64,000 nucleotides of DNA from Octopus vulgaris (Eukaryota). Below are positions 1-12,656 of the stretch, piece after piece. The translations under genes were made by a program, and so were the position numbers. A model generated the notes under the pieces. It had not been told where the DNA came from, ran no database searches, and saw only the letters and a list, made by a program, of their open reading frames with translations. How positions within the stretch are numbered: the stretch's first letter is position 1; each line of letters opens with the position of its first letter. Where the stretch lies: assembly GCA_951406725.2 (NCBI GenBank), contig OX597815.1, positions 171,616,001 to 171,680,000 of the forward strand. The letters run 5' to 3'.

Positions 1-753
1 GAGTAGATTGGACTGAAGTGACTACTGGAAATAAAATTTCAACATTGTCGTAACTGAAGATGTTATGTAAGAGATTACTTTTTCTTCTTTCATGCATAAT
101 GATCTGAAATACATGTACTAAATGCTTTCAAAATAACAATATTTTGCTTGATTTTATTATTATATGTTATGCAACTCAAAGCCATTACAAGCTAGCCTGC
201 CCTTCGTTTACACAGATAATCTAAAAAGGATTTGGAGTGGTTTGTTCTACAGGACACGAGTTGAAAAATTCTGGTAAAATGCATCGCTTCTAAGCATAAC
301 ACGAAATGTGTGTTTGTGTGTGTGTTTGTGTGTGTGTTTATAAATTGGTCGAACAAGTCTCTTGCTCCTCTGAGTTTTGTCAGTGGATGCACAAGATCTT
401 CAAACAAGTTGTAACTTTCCTCAAGACCCTGTGTACAGACTGACTCGACCAAAATGAAAAAGAAATTGAAGCTATTACGGTCAAGAGTATTCTTCCGACA
501 CTCATCACTATATATGAGATAAACCACTCGGCTTCAGTTTTCATATAAATTTCCTATATATATTCCAAGTTTACAGCATTACAGATCCATTTCAGCTAAT
601 CTTGCTAATCAGTTACTCACATGGTATTAGATAACCGAGTATTATATACATCGTGATTAAGTAACATCACATGCTCTTCAGAGGTGGGAGGTATGGAAAA
701 AAGTATTCTAAGACAACTCTCTCTTTCTCTCTCCCTCACTCTTTCTCTCTCCC

Positions 754-809
<56 letters not shown>

Positions 810-835
810 ACATATATATATATATATATATACTC

Positions 836-1213
836 TCTACTCTTTTACTTGTTTCAGTCATTTGACTGCGGCCATGCTGGAGCACCCCGGGACTTATTCT
901 TTGTAAGCCCAGTACTTATTCTATCGGTCTCTTTTGAGACCGCTAAGTGACGGGGACATAAACACACCAGCATCGGTTGTCAAGCAATGCTAGGGGGACA
1001 AACACAGACACACAAACATATACACACACACTTATATATATATACATATATACGACAGGCTTCTTTCAGTTTCCGTCTACCAAATCCACTCACAAGGCAT
1101 TGGTCGGCCCGGGGCTATAGCAGAAGACACTTGCCCAAGATGCCACGCAGTGGGACTGAACCCAGAACCATGTGGTTGGTTAGCAAGCTACTTACCACAC
1201 AGCCACTCCTGCG

Positions 1214-1216
<3 letters not shown>
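836..1216 (-). mobile_element. tRNA-derived SINE family A (CORE-like central domain)
   Basis: Minus strand begins aggcgcaggagtggctgtgtggtaag (A-box-like), then ggttcagtccc (B-box-like) and CORE-like cttgggcaagtgtcttct. Similar copies at 6606, 25588, 32826, 39622, 47070. Confidence 0.85.
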
Positions 1217-1434
<218 letters not shown>

Positions 1435-1565
1435 TGACTAGTCTACTCTAGCACTAAAAATAGATCCGCAAGGTTTCAGCCACAAAAGAAATTGTTTCCG
1501 ATGAAAGTTAGCACTACTACCAGCGCAAATGAACAGGGCAGATAAACGTAACAAAATGTAGATTA

Positions 1566-1643
1566 GTTCGAGACAATTGTTTCGCTATTAATAAATTATG
1601 TAATTTTACTTACATAAATTCATCTGTAGCTCCTCGGTCGAAC
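1566..1643 (-). ncRNA. type I hammerhead-like motif with extended stem II (U4C core variant)
   Basis: Minus: GUUCGA-CCGAGGA-GCUA...UAGC-GAAAC-AAUU-GUC-UCGAAC. Perfect 6-bp stem I and palindromic stem III. Confidence 0.7.
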
Positions 1644-1850
1644 CCGTCCAGAATACAATTTACCCAATCGCACGCTAGACTTCACCATAACGATAAACGC
1701 ACGTGCGGTCGAGTCGATTGTACTCGCTGTTATAATTTAAGTGCCCCTGTCATCGCCCACCAAAATTCACGGAAACAGATACTACATCCAAAATTAAATG
1801 CAGCATAATTATAATCAACCGATAAGGGTTGTTTATATATATATATATAT

Positions 1851-1921
<71 letters not shown>

Positions 1922-1936
1922 CAACCGATATCGGTT

Positions 1937-1967
<31 letters not shown>

Positions 1968-1972
<5 letters not shown>

Positions 1973-2060
1973 TACATTATTTACAATTGACGGATATTTG
2001 TCCTCATCTTGTTTGTTGTTAACACAACGTTTCGGCTGATATATCCTTCTGCCTTCATCA
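1968..2060 (-). mobile_element. truncated hammerhead-bearing tail (same family as 11325-11495 and 12560-12707)
   Basis: Minus: UGAUGA-AGGCAG..CAGCC-GAAAC-GUU-GUGUU then aacaacaaacaagatgaggacaaatatccgtc; embedded in (TA)n. Confidence 0.8.
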
Positions 2061-2073
2061 TATATATAGAACT

Positions 2074-2137
<64 letters not shown>

Positions 2138-2139
<2 letters not shown>

Positions 2140-2757
2140 CGTGGATGTGTGATAAGAGGTTTACTTCCCAACCACATGGTTTCGGGTTCATTCCCACAGC
2201 GTGCTACACTGGGCAAGTGTTTTCTACTATACCCCATATTTACTTGCCTCTACTCTCTCCATCACCCTTTTCTTCCTCCTTTCTGCACGCCCTCTCCTAT
2301 AACTTCTGTTTCCCGCTTGCATCCCGTGTTAATCTGCGTCCATTATCAGTTGCAGCCAGTTTTTCAAGCTGAGGGGATGTAAAACTCTGTCTTTCTTCAA
2401 CTTCTCTTTTTCTCTACCCACTGACGAAGGATTGCATCCGAAACGTTGGATATTTTACTCCTCATAGCTAGTTCACTGCACCCCTTTCGCTTTTTTCTGT
2501 ATTTTTTCAAGTCTTGCCGACGCAGACCTACACAAGAATCCTTGTAGTTTGCCTATATATGAATATATCTATGTGTGCATGTCTTTGTGTTATATTTGTC
2601 CCATTCACCTCTTGATAACTGATGTTGGTTTGTTTACGTTCCCCACAGAATAATCACCAGACTTACAAATAAGTACTGGGGTCGATTTGTTCGACAAAGT
2701 TCTTCAAGGCAGAGCCTCAGTACGACCGCAGTTTAATAACTGAAACAACCGAAAGAA
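2138..2757 (+). mobile_element. degenerate SINE family A interrupted by a PLE-type fragment (~2235-2545)
   Basis: Head ggcgtggatgtgtgataagagg...gggcaagtgttttctactata at 2138-2233; body resumes at ~2545-2757. Confidence 0.65.
2415..2452 (+). ncRNA. minimal hammerhead core (PLE-type)
   Basis: CUGACGA-A-GGAU-ugc-AUCC-GAAAC-GUU; stem I imperfect. Confidence 0.65.
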
Positions 2758-2974
2758 TATATACATGTGTGTGTACGCGCGCGCGCGTGTTTGTGTGTAT
2801 GTGTGTGTGTGTCTGTATTCAGAGAGGGAGAGGTTCAAAAGAGATAACTTTTCTCTACCTATATATAGATATCTTTTCTCTACCTATACATATAGGTAAT
2901 TTATATGAAAACTGATGCTGGGTGGTTTATCTCATACACATGTCGGTTTAGTGTTGAGTGTCGGAAGAATACTC

Positions 2975-3420
2975 TTTACCGAGTTATCTCACTCCTGAGA
3001 CTATTCTTTATCTTTATGACTCCAACAATCGCCCCTGCACTGAGTATTGTAGTCACATATGGGTAGGTGCCCCTGCGGATTATTTAACTCTGTTGGACCA
3101 CATTCAACGCGGTATTTGTAAAGCTATTGGTCCTGATCTGTCTTCTAAACTGGATTCACTCTCTCATCGTCGTCGTGTGGCTTCCTTGTCTCTTTTCTAT
3201 AAGTATTTTCATGGACATTGTTCAGCTGAGCTCTCTTCTCTGGTTCTTCCTTTAAGATCAACTAGACTTGCATCCAGTTCTCATCACTACACTGTGCAAA
3301 CTCTTTACAGTACCCGTTTGTTCCCTCGCACCTCTGAACTTTGGGATTCCCTTCACAGTCTGGTTTTCCTCTTCAATATGACCTCCAGTCTTTTAAGTCT
3401 AATGTAGATCGTCACCTATT
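2975..3420 (+). mobile_element. CR1/Jockey-group LINE ORF2 C-terminal remnant
   Basis: YLTPETILYLY..RPCTEYCSHIWVGAP..LLDHIQR..LDSLSHRRRVASLSLFYKYFHG..FPRTSELWDSL matches the post-RT region of CR1/Jockey-group LINEs. Confidence 0.85.
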
Positions 3421-5309
3421 CACTTCTGCCTAGCGTCCTTTTTCTTCTTGTAGTTCTTGTGTTTTCAGTGGCCTAAGGACCTTGTAACGAGCGAATGCTT
3501 TTAAAAGATGCACGTGAATGTAATCAACATTCTTATGCATGCATTACCATAACTGATCATAGTTGCACCCCCAAGTGTATATCCTCATGCTTCCACTTGT
3601 GCACATACGTTCATTGACGTAAGTACGCATGCAATCCCGTGCGCAAGTGCTAAGACGAGCAAGCATAGAAAAGTTTGTTTTTTTCATTATCATACACCCG
3701 TTCAAATGTAATTTGATTATGAAAAGCAAGAGAAATGAGATATATTAAATTTCAAAAATTAGTTGAGATGGATCAGCGATGAATATATTAAATAAGATAA
3801 GTAACATAATAGATAAAACGAGATAAATAAAACGGCTGTAAATGGAAAATGATGAGTAGTAATAAATGTTACAAAATAAAGTGAAATAAATTGATGTTTA
3901 AATAAATATTACTTTAGCAAAACGTTTCAAGGCAAAGTAAAGAGGTATTAGGTATACAATTATGTGGGCGAATGTAAGAAATGAGTGGAATTGCTGAGAA
4001 TATTTGTAAGCGCAAAAAAAAAGAATGCGTGACAACATCGCAAACATAAACTTGGTTATTCTTGCTTTTAGGCCTTCTTACAAACGTGATAAAAACAGAA
4101 AACGCTCAGTTGTCACCTTTGTTGAACTCAGAAAAGTTTTACTCTTATAAGAACAGTTTAAATTCAATAAAGAATAATCTTTGTAACTGTTTGCATAAAG
4201 CAAAATACCTGCTACGTAATGCTACCAAAGATTTGCTATAAGAATTTTAAATAAGTTTCCATAACTTTCATCATATTCCACTGCTTTCTCTCTCTTGTTT
4301 TCGTTTTACGTTTTTGGTCTTCTTTTGTTCCAGCAATCATTCTTTCTTTGCATGCTAAATTGTACGTTGTTCATTATACATGACTTTGAGAATAGAGAGA
4401 GATTTTTCAGCGCAGTTTCAAGGTTAACCATACTTCTTTTAGTTTTTCTACGTTGTTCATTATTTGTTTCCTCACTCCCTTTCTCTATTTTCTTTCTTAA
4501 ATATTGTAGTATTTTCGTATTATCTGCGCTTAAATGCGTAACGGTTGTAGTCTAGTATAGCTACAACTGACTTGATTAAATAATACCGTAATTTATCTAT
4601 TTTTAAATTTTTTTTTATTTCATTTTATATCATCATATGCATCCAGTCAAATGATGCTATTTTTTCCTGTTTCTCATTACATCCGTTTACGGAGTTTAAG
4701 TGTCATTCCTCATGTTACCTCCGAAAATCGGAAACATGAAATTAAGAGTCACCAGATTTGCAGTTTCAGCATTAATATGTGTGTATGTGTGCGCGCGCGC
4801 ATGCGTACGTACGTGTGCACTTGTAAGTGTGTTTTCGTAATGTAAATATGCCTCTCTTTATCTGTCAATCTATCACAACGGAACTTTTGAAACTATTCTG
4901 AGACCCCCTTCGGTCACGACACAGACCATGGGATTGCACCTAGAAAGTTACCCTCCATGGCACAACATAAGCCATAAACATGTGTATAATCACACACACA
5001 CACACACACACACACAAGCATATATATATTTAAATGTACAAATACAAGCACATTCATAATGAATGAAATAACGATTGCCAAATAACATGTAACTGTAAAT
5101 ATAAATACAGATGTATAAATGACTCGTACAAACACGTTCTTACACAAATACATATACAAACGCCAGTATATATGCTTGTGCATACATGCACGAAATACGA
5201 AAACATGTAAACGCACGCATGCACATACGCAGAAATCAAAATATGCTCACACCCACACACACACATCTATATACGCGCACACGCACAATTACATTACAAG
5301 CAATGCCTA

Positions 5310-5540
5310 TTTCTTTACTACCCACAAGGGGCTAAACACAGAGAGGACAAGCAAGGACAGACAAACGGATTAAGTCGATTACATCGACCCCAGTGCGTAT
5401 CTGGTACTTTATTTATCGACTCCGAAAGGATGGAAGGCAAAGTCGACCTCGGCGGAATTTGAACTCAGAACGTAACGGCAGACGAAATAACGCTAAGCAT
5501 TTCGCCCGGTGTGCTAACGTTTCTGCCAGCTCGCCGCCTT
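5310..5540 (-). mobile_element. tRNA-derived SINE family B (Meta-domain-like) with 16-bp TSD
   Basis: Head ggcggcgagctggcagaaacgttagc, B box gagttcaaattcc, body gtcgactttgccttccatcctttcgg. TSD ttacaagcaatRccta at 5294-5309 and 5541-5556. Confidence 0.9.
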
Positions 5541-5759
5541 TTACAAGCAATACCTAGAAAGGAAAACATGACGGTATAACACACAATACATAAATCACAA
5601 TACACAATATATATATATAACAATATAAACGAATATACATACATATGTGTGCCTCTGTGCACTGCATGCACGTATGCATAAGTAATGGAATGTAGTAAAT
5701 ACGAAAATCATTATATGTTTATATCCTACAATAGCGAATTATCGAAAGGTAGACAGGTG

Positions 5760-6290
5760 AATGGAAAATGGTTAAAAATATGTATCATAAATAAAGAAAT
5801 TGTAGGAAAATGTAAAGATAAATAAAACAAACAAGGAGTGAGGTTTGAGAGAAGATTAGATTTATCGCTACAGGAGAGTTATCGGTTAGTAAAACCGGAA
5901 AGACTGAAATGCTTGCTAGTCCTATAGGTATTATGGATATGAGTTCCTTCAGTAATTAAGTTTACTTGGTTATCTTTAGAGTATAGGCTTCTAAATCTTT
6001 CGTTCGCGCAAAAGCTGCACGGTTTGTGGTTTCTAGTGTAAGATTTTTCAGTAGAGATTGTATGTTACGGATTTGTTTTCAAGAGAGTGAATATAACTAA
6101 CGAATGCAGTTTCATTTATAGAATGAGTGTGTGAGTTGTATCTTAAAAGTGTAGGAGATAATACTTATGTAGGCTTTAGAAGAGGTGGTGGCTTACTATA
6201 CACTTATATATATGTCCTTAGCTAAACAGTTGTTATTGAGTGGACAGTTAATGATATCAGTGAAATTGCATGGTTTCCTAAGAGTATATT
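5760..6290 (-). mobile_element. Penelope-like element GIY-YIG endonuclease remnant
   Basis: Minus reads CNFTDIINCPLNNNCLAKDIY...SKAYI...FK...CSFCANER, resembling the PLE CNC..CP...CL..VY..YIG..C.LC..EK motifs; contains stops and frameshifts. Confidence 0.7.
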
Positions 6291-6605
6291 CATATATAAC
6301 CATACAAGACATGCCACTTCTCGTCTTAAACACCTGACATGTCTCTAGACGTAACAAAGATACCTTTTTGGGGGACTCATTTTCTTAAAAGAGTGTGTCT
6401 GCGTGTGTGTGTGTGCGCGAGAGAGAGAGAGAGAGCGAACGAGCGCGTGAGTGCGTGCATGCGAGCGTGCGGGCATGCGTACGTATGTGCGTGCGTGCGT
6501 GCGTTTGTGTATAGATGCAGATACTGATACAGATATATCTGTATCATTACGTTTGTTTGTCCCCTCTATGTTTAGCCCCTTGTGGGCAATAAAGAAAAAA
6601 ATAAG

Positions 6606-7035
6606 AAGTTACTTCGCAACCACATGGTTCCGGCTTCAGTTCCACTGCGTGGCACTTTAGCAAGTATCTTTTCCTATAGCCTTGGGCCGGCCAAAGCCTT
6701 GTGAGTGGATTTGGTAGAAGAAACTGAAAAAACCCCGTCGCATATACATACATGTATATATGTGCGTGTGTGTGTGTGAGTGTGTGTGTATGTGTGTATG
6801 CGTGAGTCTGTCTGTTTCTGTTTTTGTCCCCTACTACCGTTTGACAACTGCTGTTGGTTTGTTTACGTCTTCGTAACTTAGCGGTTATACAAAAAGTGAC
6901 CGATAGAATAAGTACCAGACTTTTAAAAAAAATAATAAGTCCTGGGGTTGATTCATTCGACTAAAAGTTCTTCTCGGTGCTACCCCAGCATGGCAGCAGC
7001 CTAATGACTGAAACACATGAAAGAAAAGATAAAAG
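6606..7035 (+). mobile_element. SINE family A copy (5'-truncated)
   Basis: aaccacatggttccggcttcagttccactgcgtggcac...gtggatttggtag...cccagcatggcagcag..gactgaaac. Confidence 0.8.
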
Positions 7036-7756
7036 ACTTGTTCTTTCATATTTATGTACGTACGTATGTATATTATGTTTACATTTGTACCATTTGTACA
7101 GGTACTGTGTAGGCATGACTGTATATAACATGTGTGCGCATACAGAAACATAGGTATGTAAATGTATATAAAAGTATGCATATGTTTAAGCAGGTGTCTG
7201 CGTGAGTATCGTTAGTACCTTAACGGAAATAAAGATGCAAAATTTATATATTTATCCATTCTTTTCGAATTTATTGTTATTTCATTTTACTTATTAGCAT
7301 CATTTTTCTACTTATTTATTGTATTTATTTAAAATTTAGGATGTGTTTCCGACAACTTGATATAGTACCGTTATCTCTACATGTTCTCATCTAAAATTTA
7401 TCATTTTGCTTACTCCCCCCCTCCTCTCTCCCTCCTTCGCTAATTCTTTGACATCAACTTCTGTCCAAATATCATTTCTTCCTTCAAACCTTCTTAATTT
7501 TAGCTGTTATATATTCAATTTTGTTTTGATAGTTTGAACCGTACAGAAATGTTCAAACTTGGTTTTTGAAGCGTCCACAGATTACTATAATAATAATAGT
7601 TTCTGATGAACCATTTAAGTATCACGAAAGCATAGTCGCTGTTCTAAAACAAATGAAATTGTTATATATAAAGTATTCGTTCTGCAGTTTATTGATCCTT
7701 CTATTCATTTAGGTTTCCTTGATCACTGAATCAAGAGTTATCCTATATACTGTATA

Positions 7757-7828
<72 letters not shown>

Positions 7829-7859
7829 TACATACATACATACATACATACATACAATG

Positions 7860-9400
7860 TGGAGACATTCACTCCGTTAGTGTTTTGGAAAACAATGTGT
7901 ATGGAAACACAAAGCATCAAACTGGGCTACGAATGACGTCATTGAACTACAAAACGTGTTTTTGGCATCGTAACACTTCTTCAGCCAAGACACCGAATCC
8001 GTCTTTCACAGTCTCGAATATTAAGTCGAAGTAGCGAACTTCTCTCTGATCCGTATTAGACATTGTAAACAGACACTTCTAACAAGTGTATCAGAAATGT
8101 TTGAATGCCAGGTATATTACCGATAATTCCCGTCCGAAACTGCAGTATTTAGATCCAGTGGGTTATAGTTACGTTGAGAAGAAAGACAATGGTTATCAAA
8201 TGCTAGTAACCAAACGCTGTAGAATATCCTCATCATCATTGTTCGACCGTGGTCGATACAATGGAATTTACCATGCTACGCCAGACTTCGCGGTCCATCA
8301 TGGCATTACGGAAGTCCTGTTGCTGGATGCCTGTATCCCTGGAGATTACATCAGGGTAGGAGAGTGTGCGCCCTCTGGTATTGCGAGTAGATGGCTTCCA
8401 GAGGAGAAGAGTAGAAATTACTTCTTTTTCAGCTCTACAACAATGTCCAGCAAACTGGACTCTCCTACCTTTCACAAGAGATGACACAGGTGGTAGTTTC
8501 CCATATATCAGCAGTTTGGTTGGATGGCGCTTCCACGAGAGATTTTGAGCTCTCATAAGGAGGCGAGTGTAGGTTCCATCCAACCGCCTCTCAAGCTTCT
8601 TTGATAACGTCCAGGTTTCTGAGCCATATAGTAGAATTGGTTCGAGTGTGGCTTTGAAGATTTCAAGTTTGAAGTCTCTACTTAGATTTGATGACCAGAT
8701 GTCATTACAGGCTGACTAGGCCATACCCTTTCTAGTTAGAAAGTCTTTTCCAGATGATGATATGTATGATGATGATATCATCACATATCAGAATATCCTA
8801 CTCTGACATCGGATGCATCGAACAACAAACGAAGAAGAGTACCAGTTTGGGGATGAACCAGCATTGTAGCCCTCGCTAATTTGTCTCGTTTCCATTTAGG
8901 ATTATTGCTTGTTTTTTTCTTTGTTCCGTATCAAAGCATGTCTCTTATGTAAAAATTTACTAAGCTGAGAAATTCACGTACGATCCGCAGTGATGTTGGA
9001 AGTGGAAAATTTACAATGGACGTCCCTTTCTCGGTGAGTGAATGAATTCCTTCCATGTCGAGGATGTATCCGAGGAATGATAAAAATGTAACTGAATACA
9101 CATTTATTGTGGCTAATGATGATGCTCTACTCAGTCAAACATTCGAAAAGCATCTTCTTTTCGTGTTTTTAGAATTACTTGCAACCCAATAACTCATCGA
9201 TATATGCATATAACGAAAGGTAAATCACGTATCACAGAATTGACAAAAGGCCGGAATGCCTGTGCAGCAGTACGCAGGCCAAAACGCATTTGAAGGAATT
9301 CAAAGAATCTGAAAAGTGTAGAAATTGCTGGTCTTGTGACCAAAATTGAATATTAGTATCCTTTAAACTTCGTATTAATTTTGTATAACGAGGTGTTGAG
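7860..9400 (-). mobile_element. Ty3/gypsy LTR-retrotransposon pol remnant (RT, RNase H), split by an RTE insertion
   Basis: Minus: MRFGLRTAAQAFRPFVNSVIRDLPFV..YIDE; FLGYILDMEGIHSLTEK..NFPLPTSLRIVREFLSLVNFY; LARATMLVHP..DASDVRVG; PLSFFS..SFGRELSVIYLAFKHF. Confidence 0.88.
8231..8789 (-). mobile_element. RTE-group LINE 3' fragment with 10-bp TSD
   Basis: EPILLYGSETWTLSKKLERRLDGTYTRLLMRAQNLSWK..RRVQFAGHC..MMDREVWR; (TGA)n tail; TSD agaatatcct at 8221-8230 and 8790-8799. Confidence 0.9.
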
Positions 9401-9454
9401 ATGTTTTCAATGGTGTTTACATGTACACATGTTGCTAGAGTAACATTTTTTTAT

Positions 9455-9685
9455 GCGCCCTTTCCAAGCCTAGCCTGGCTCATGGGCCCGGTTTCCCGGT
9501 TTCTATGGCGTATGTGTTCCCTCCAGCTGGATGGGACGCCAGTCCATCACAGCGTTACTCACGAAACAAGAAGAAAGAGTGAGAGAAAGTTGGGGCGAAA
9601 GAGTACCTCAAGGGTCGCCACCACCCCCTGCCGGAGCCTCGTGGAACTTTAGGTGTTTTCGCCACACACACAACGCCCGGTCTAG
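9455..9685 (-). mobile_element. SINE family D fragment (mosaic body and tail)
   Basis: Body matches 52625-52740; tail matches 57280-57365. Confidence 0.75.
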
Positions 9686-10310
9686 GGAGTAACTTATTAG
9701 AAAGATATTTTGTAAGTTCTGTATAGCTTTCTGCTGCACTGTTATTTCTATGGGGAACTTTAGCTCGATAAAGTTGTATTTCAGAAACACATATACCATT
9801 GAAGAGGTAGAATATCATGTGTGTTGCAGTTTCACAGAAAAGATGAGTTTTGCATATTCGTACTAGAGAGTTTTCTGTTTATTCTGGCTATGGAAACAGC
9901 GAAAATGTTGGTGTAACTTTTGCTCATCTTCACGTTATTTATATTAAAGATCATATGTTATCCAGAAATACTAATTTATAATATTCAGGAAAATCCTTGT
10001 AAATGTAGAAAACGTTTATACCGTATGGTAAATTACGTCATAGAATATTTCGTTCCCTATATTTGCGTCTTCATGTCTTGGCGTTGTTCTATAAGTATCC
10101 CGTCTATGAAGCAGCCGTTTTTTAATGCGCCATTAAAAGATTCTTTATTAAAAGAATAAACTGGATATACATTTACTAATATTATTAGTTTCCACGTTTT
10201 ATTGGAAGAAGGTTGTATATGTAAATATACCGCAAAATTTTGTTAGGTTTGCTATTGGGTCAATATTACCAGTATCTGGACCTAGAATTATAACTAAGAA
10301 ATGAACTATA

Positions 10311-10541
10311 TATTTCTTTATTGCCCACATGGGGCTAAACATAGAGGGGACAAACAAGGACAGACAAAGGGATTAAGTCGATTACATCGACCCCAGTGCG
10401 TAACTGGAACTTAATTTATCGACCCCGAAAGGATGAAAGACAAAGTCGACCTCAGCGGAATTTGAACTCAGAACGTAGCGTCAGACGAAATACAGCTACG
10501 CATTTCATCTGGCGTGCTAACGTTTCTGCCAGCTCGCTGCC
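10311..10541 (-). mobile_element. SINE family B with 22-bp TSD
   Basis: Full monomer; TSD tataactaagaaatKaactata at 10289-10310 and 10542-10563. Confidence 0.9.
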
Positions 10542-11404
10542 TATAACTAAGAAATTAACTATAGTGGTGAGATGGTACTTGATCCTTTACAGACTAGCTA
10601 AGTGAACCTATAACCTCTCCTGGTCTAAGACCGTACTGAGTTGTTAAAAGCCATATCCTCCTCGAGGTGCTACCGTTGGTACTTTAACCTGCTTTGGTCG
10701 ATAGCAAACTTGAACAGACCGGGACAAAACAGCATGGATTTAAGGAAGCTATACCCCGATAAAAGAACATACAGGTAGGACTGGTTCCCACCAGTGGGAC
10801 AAGAGCTACAGAAAGTCTGCATGATGAATGTCCATAAACCATGTGAGTCAATTTGTGCAGAAGTTTGTTAGATGAATTGTGCCCTATTCCTGAATGGTAT
10901 TTTTAATCTATTGGTTCAATTTAACACTACCACTTAGTTGATGGCTACCTACGGTAGAGATCTCCCCATGCCAACAAGGGAATCTCTACGTGGCCTCCCA
11001 ATCTGCAAGAAATAGAAACCAAATCTCTAGGAAAAGCAACCAAATTTCCTTTAAATGAAATCCTTCGAAAATAGCACATTGAATAATCTAGTCCTGGATT
11101 CCCTACCTATACACAGAAAAAAGATAGGATGGTCACAGTAAGATTGTATCTCATTATAGATCTGTTTGAAAAGAAGTAACATGAGGCTAAATAGTAAAAA
11201 CAGTAGCAGAAACAATAAAAACCATTCTGTAGCAAGATTTCAAGTAATTTGTCTTCTGTTAATTTGAAACATAACAAACCCAACTCTAAAAACCAACATA
11301 TTACGCCTTGGAATTGCAGACTTTACAGTTCTATATTTAAGAGATGGGGAATTATGTACATTATTTACATTTGACGGATATTTGTCCTCATCTTGTTTGT
11401 TGTT

Positions 11405-11450
11405 AATACAATATTTCGGCTAATATACGCTCCAGCCGTCATCAGGGGTC
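11405..11450 (-). ncRNA. hammerhead motif (inverted tail copy)
   Basis: GACCC-CUGAUGA-C-GGCUG..UAGCC-GAAA-UAUU-GUAUU; stem I partly decayed. Confidence 0.7.
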
Positions 11451-11519
11451 TTAGGGAAATTTTGAACCTGGGTTCTCATTCCTAAAGTATTTTTTCTTGT
11501 TGTTGTTGTTGTTGTTGTT

Positions 11520-11558
<39 letters not shown>

Positions 11559-11574
11559 ATTATTCCTGCGGGCA

Positions 11575-11609
<35 letters not shown>

Positions 11610-11704
11610 CTGCGGGCATATGGCGTAGTGCTTAAGAGCACAGGCTACTGACCCCAAGATTCTGAGTTCGATTCCAGGCAGTGACCTGAATAATAATAAT
11701 AATA

Positions 11705-11917
11705 ATTTCTAATTTTGCCTTAAGGGCGGAAATTTTGGGGGAAGAGATGTGTCGGTTATATTGACACCAGTGGTTCACTGGTATTTAATCTATGGACCCC
11801 GAAAGGATGAAAGGTAAAGGCGACCTTAGCAGAATTTGAACTCAGAACATAAAGACAGTCGAAATACTCCTAAGCATTTCGCTCGGCGTGCGAACGATTC
11901 TGCTAGTTCACCGCCTT
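11705..11917 (-). mobile_element. SINE family B copy nested in (TAA)n
   Basis: gaccccgaaaggatgaaagg...agaatttgaactcagaac...gttcaccgcctt. Confidence 0.8.
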
Positions 11918-11939
11918 AAATAATAATAATAATAATAAA

Positions 11940-12497
11940 TGTCCTGATGCAGTACCATGCAGTGGCTCTCATGGCTTCTGATCTTAACTGATTAGAAGTG
12001 TTATCATGTACATTGTTTTGTCTTGGTATAAAAGATGGGCAACAGCAAATATTCTGCTCAATACCACAGATTGGCTTGTCAGTTGTTTGACCTTAACCAG
12101 TTGACCATGTCCCTTAGTGGTGGATGATATGTGCATCTCTGATCATGAGCAGAAGTAGTGGGGGAGCATCATAGCCATGTGTTGAGAGGGATTCTAGGGA
12201 TTTGAATAATTCACCTTTGGAAACATGGGTGTTTCATTCAACATCCTTAAACAACCCTTATTCAGGGACCTTTTAAGCGGGATGGGTTACTCGACCAGAA
12301 GAAAATTCTAACTGGGCCCCACCTGCAAGGTCATGTGCTGTTTATCTTGATATGAGATCACCATGTCACACACATATGGTTGTGATGCATGTGCCTAGTG
12401 TACCCTTATCAGACGGGTAGTCATGATGGGTATACTGGGCTTCGTATAATTTAACCCCAGTGTCTCTTTGATGGTATGCACTGCTCTCTCACTCAAT
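11940..12497. mobile_element. unclassified ~560-bp insert flanked by (TAA)n (possibly an R4/Dong 3' UTR or a SINE)
   Basis: Sequence unique in this window, with (TAA)n on both sides, inside the composite element; no ORF. Confidence 0.45.
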
Positions 12498-12506
12498 AAT
12501 AGTGAT

Positions 12507-12564
<58 letters not shown>

Positions 12565-12610
12565 TCAAAAATACCTTAGGAATGAGAACCCAGGTTCGAA
12601 ATTTCCCCAA

Positions 12611-12656
12611 GACACCTGAAGAGGGCTGGAGTGTATATCAACTGAAACGTTGTATT
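12611..12656 (+). ncRNA. hammerhead motif (direct tail copy)
   Basis: GACAC-CUGAAGA-G-GGCUG..CAACU-GAAAC-GUU-GUAUU; stem II partly decayed. Confidence 0.7.

Noticed and set aside
7603-7640. CUGAUGA...GAAA hammerhead candidate
   Set aside because: Stems I and II do not pair convincingly; at best heavily decayed.
11613-11690. tRNA gene
   Set aside because: A and B boxes are present but I see no proper acceptor stem or oligo-T terminator; it is a SINE-type head. The same applies to 52735-52805.
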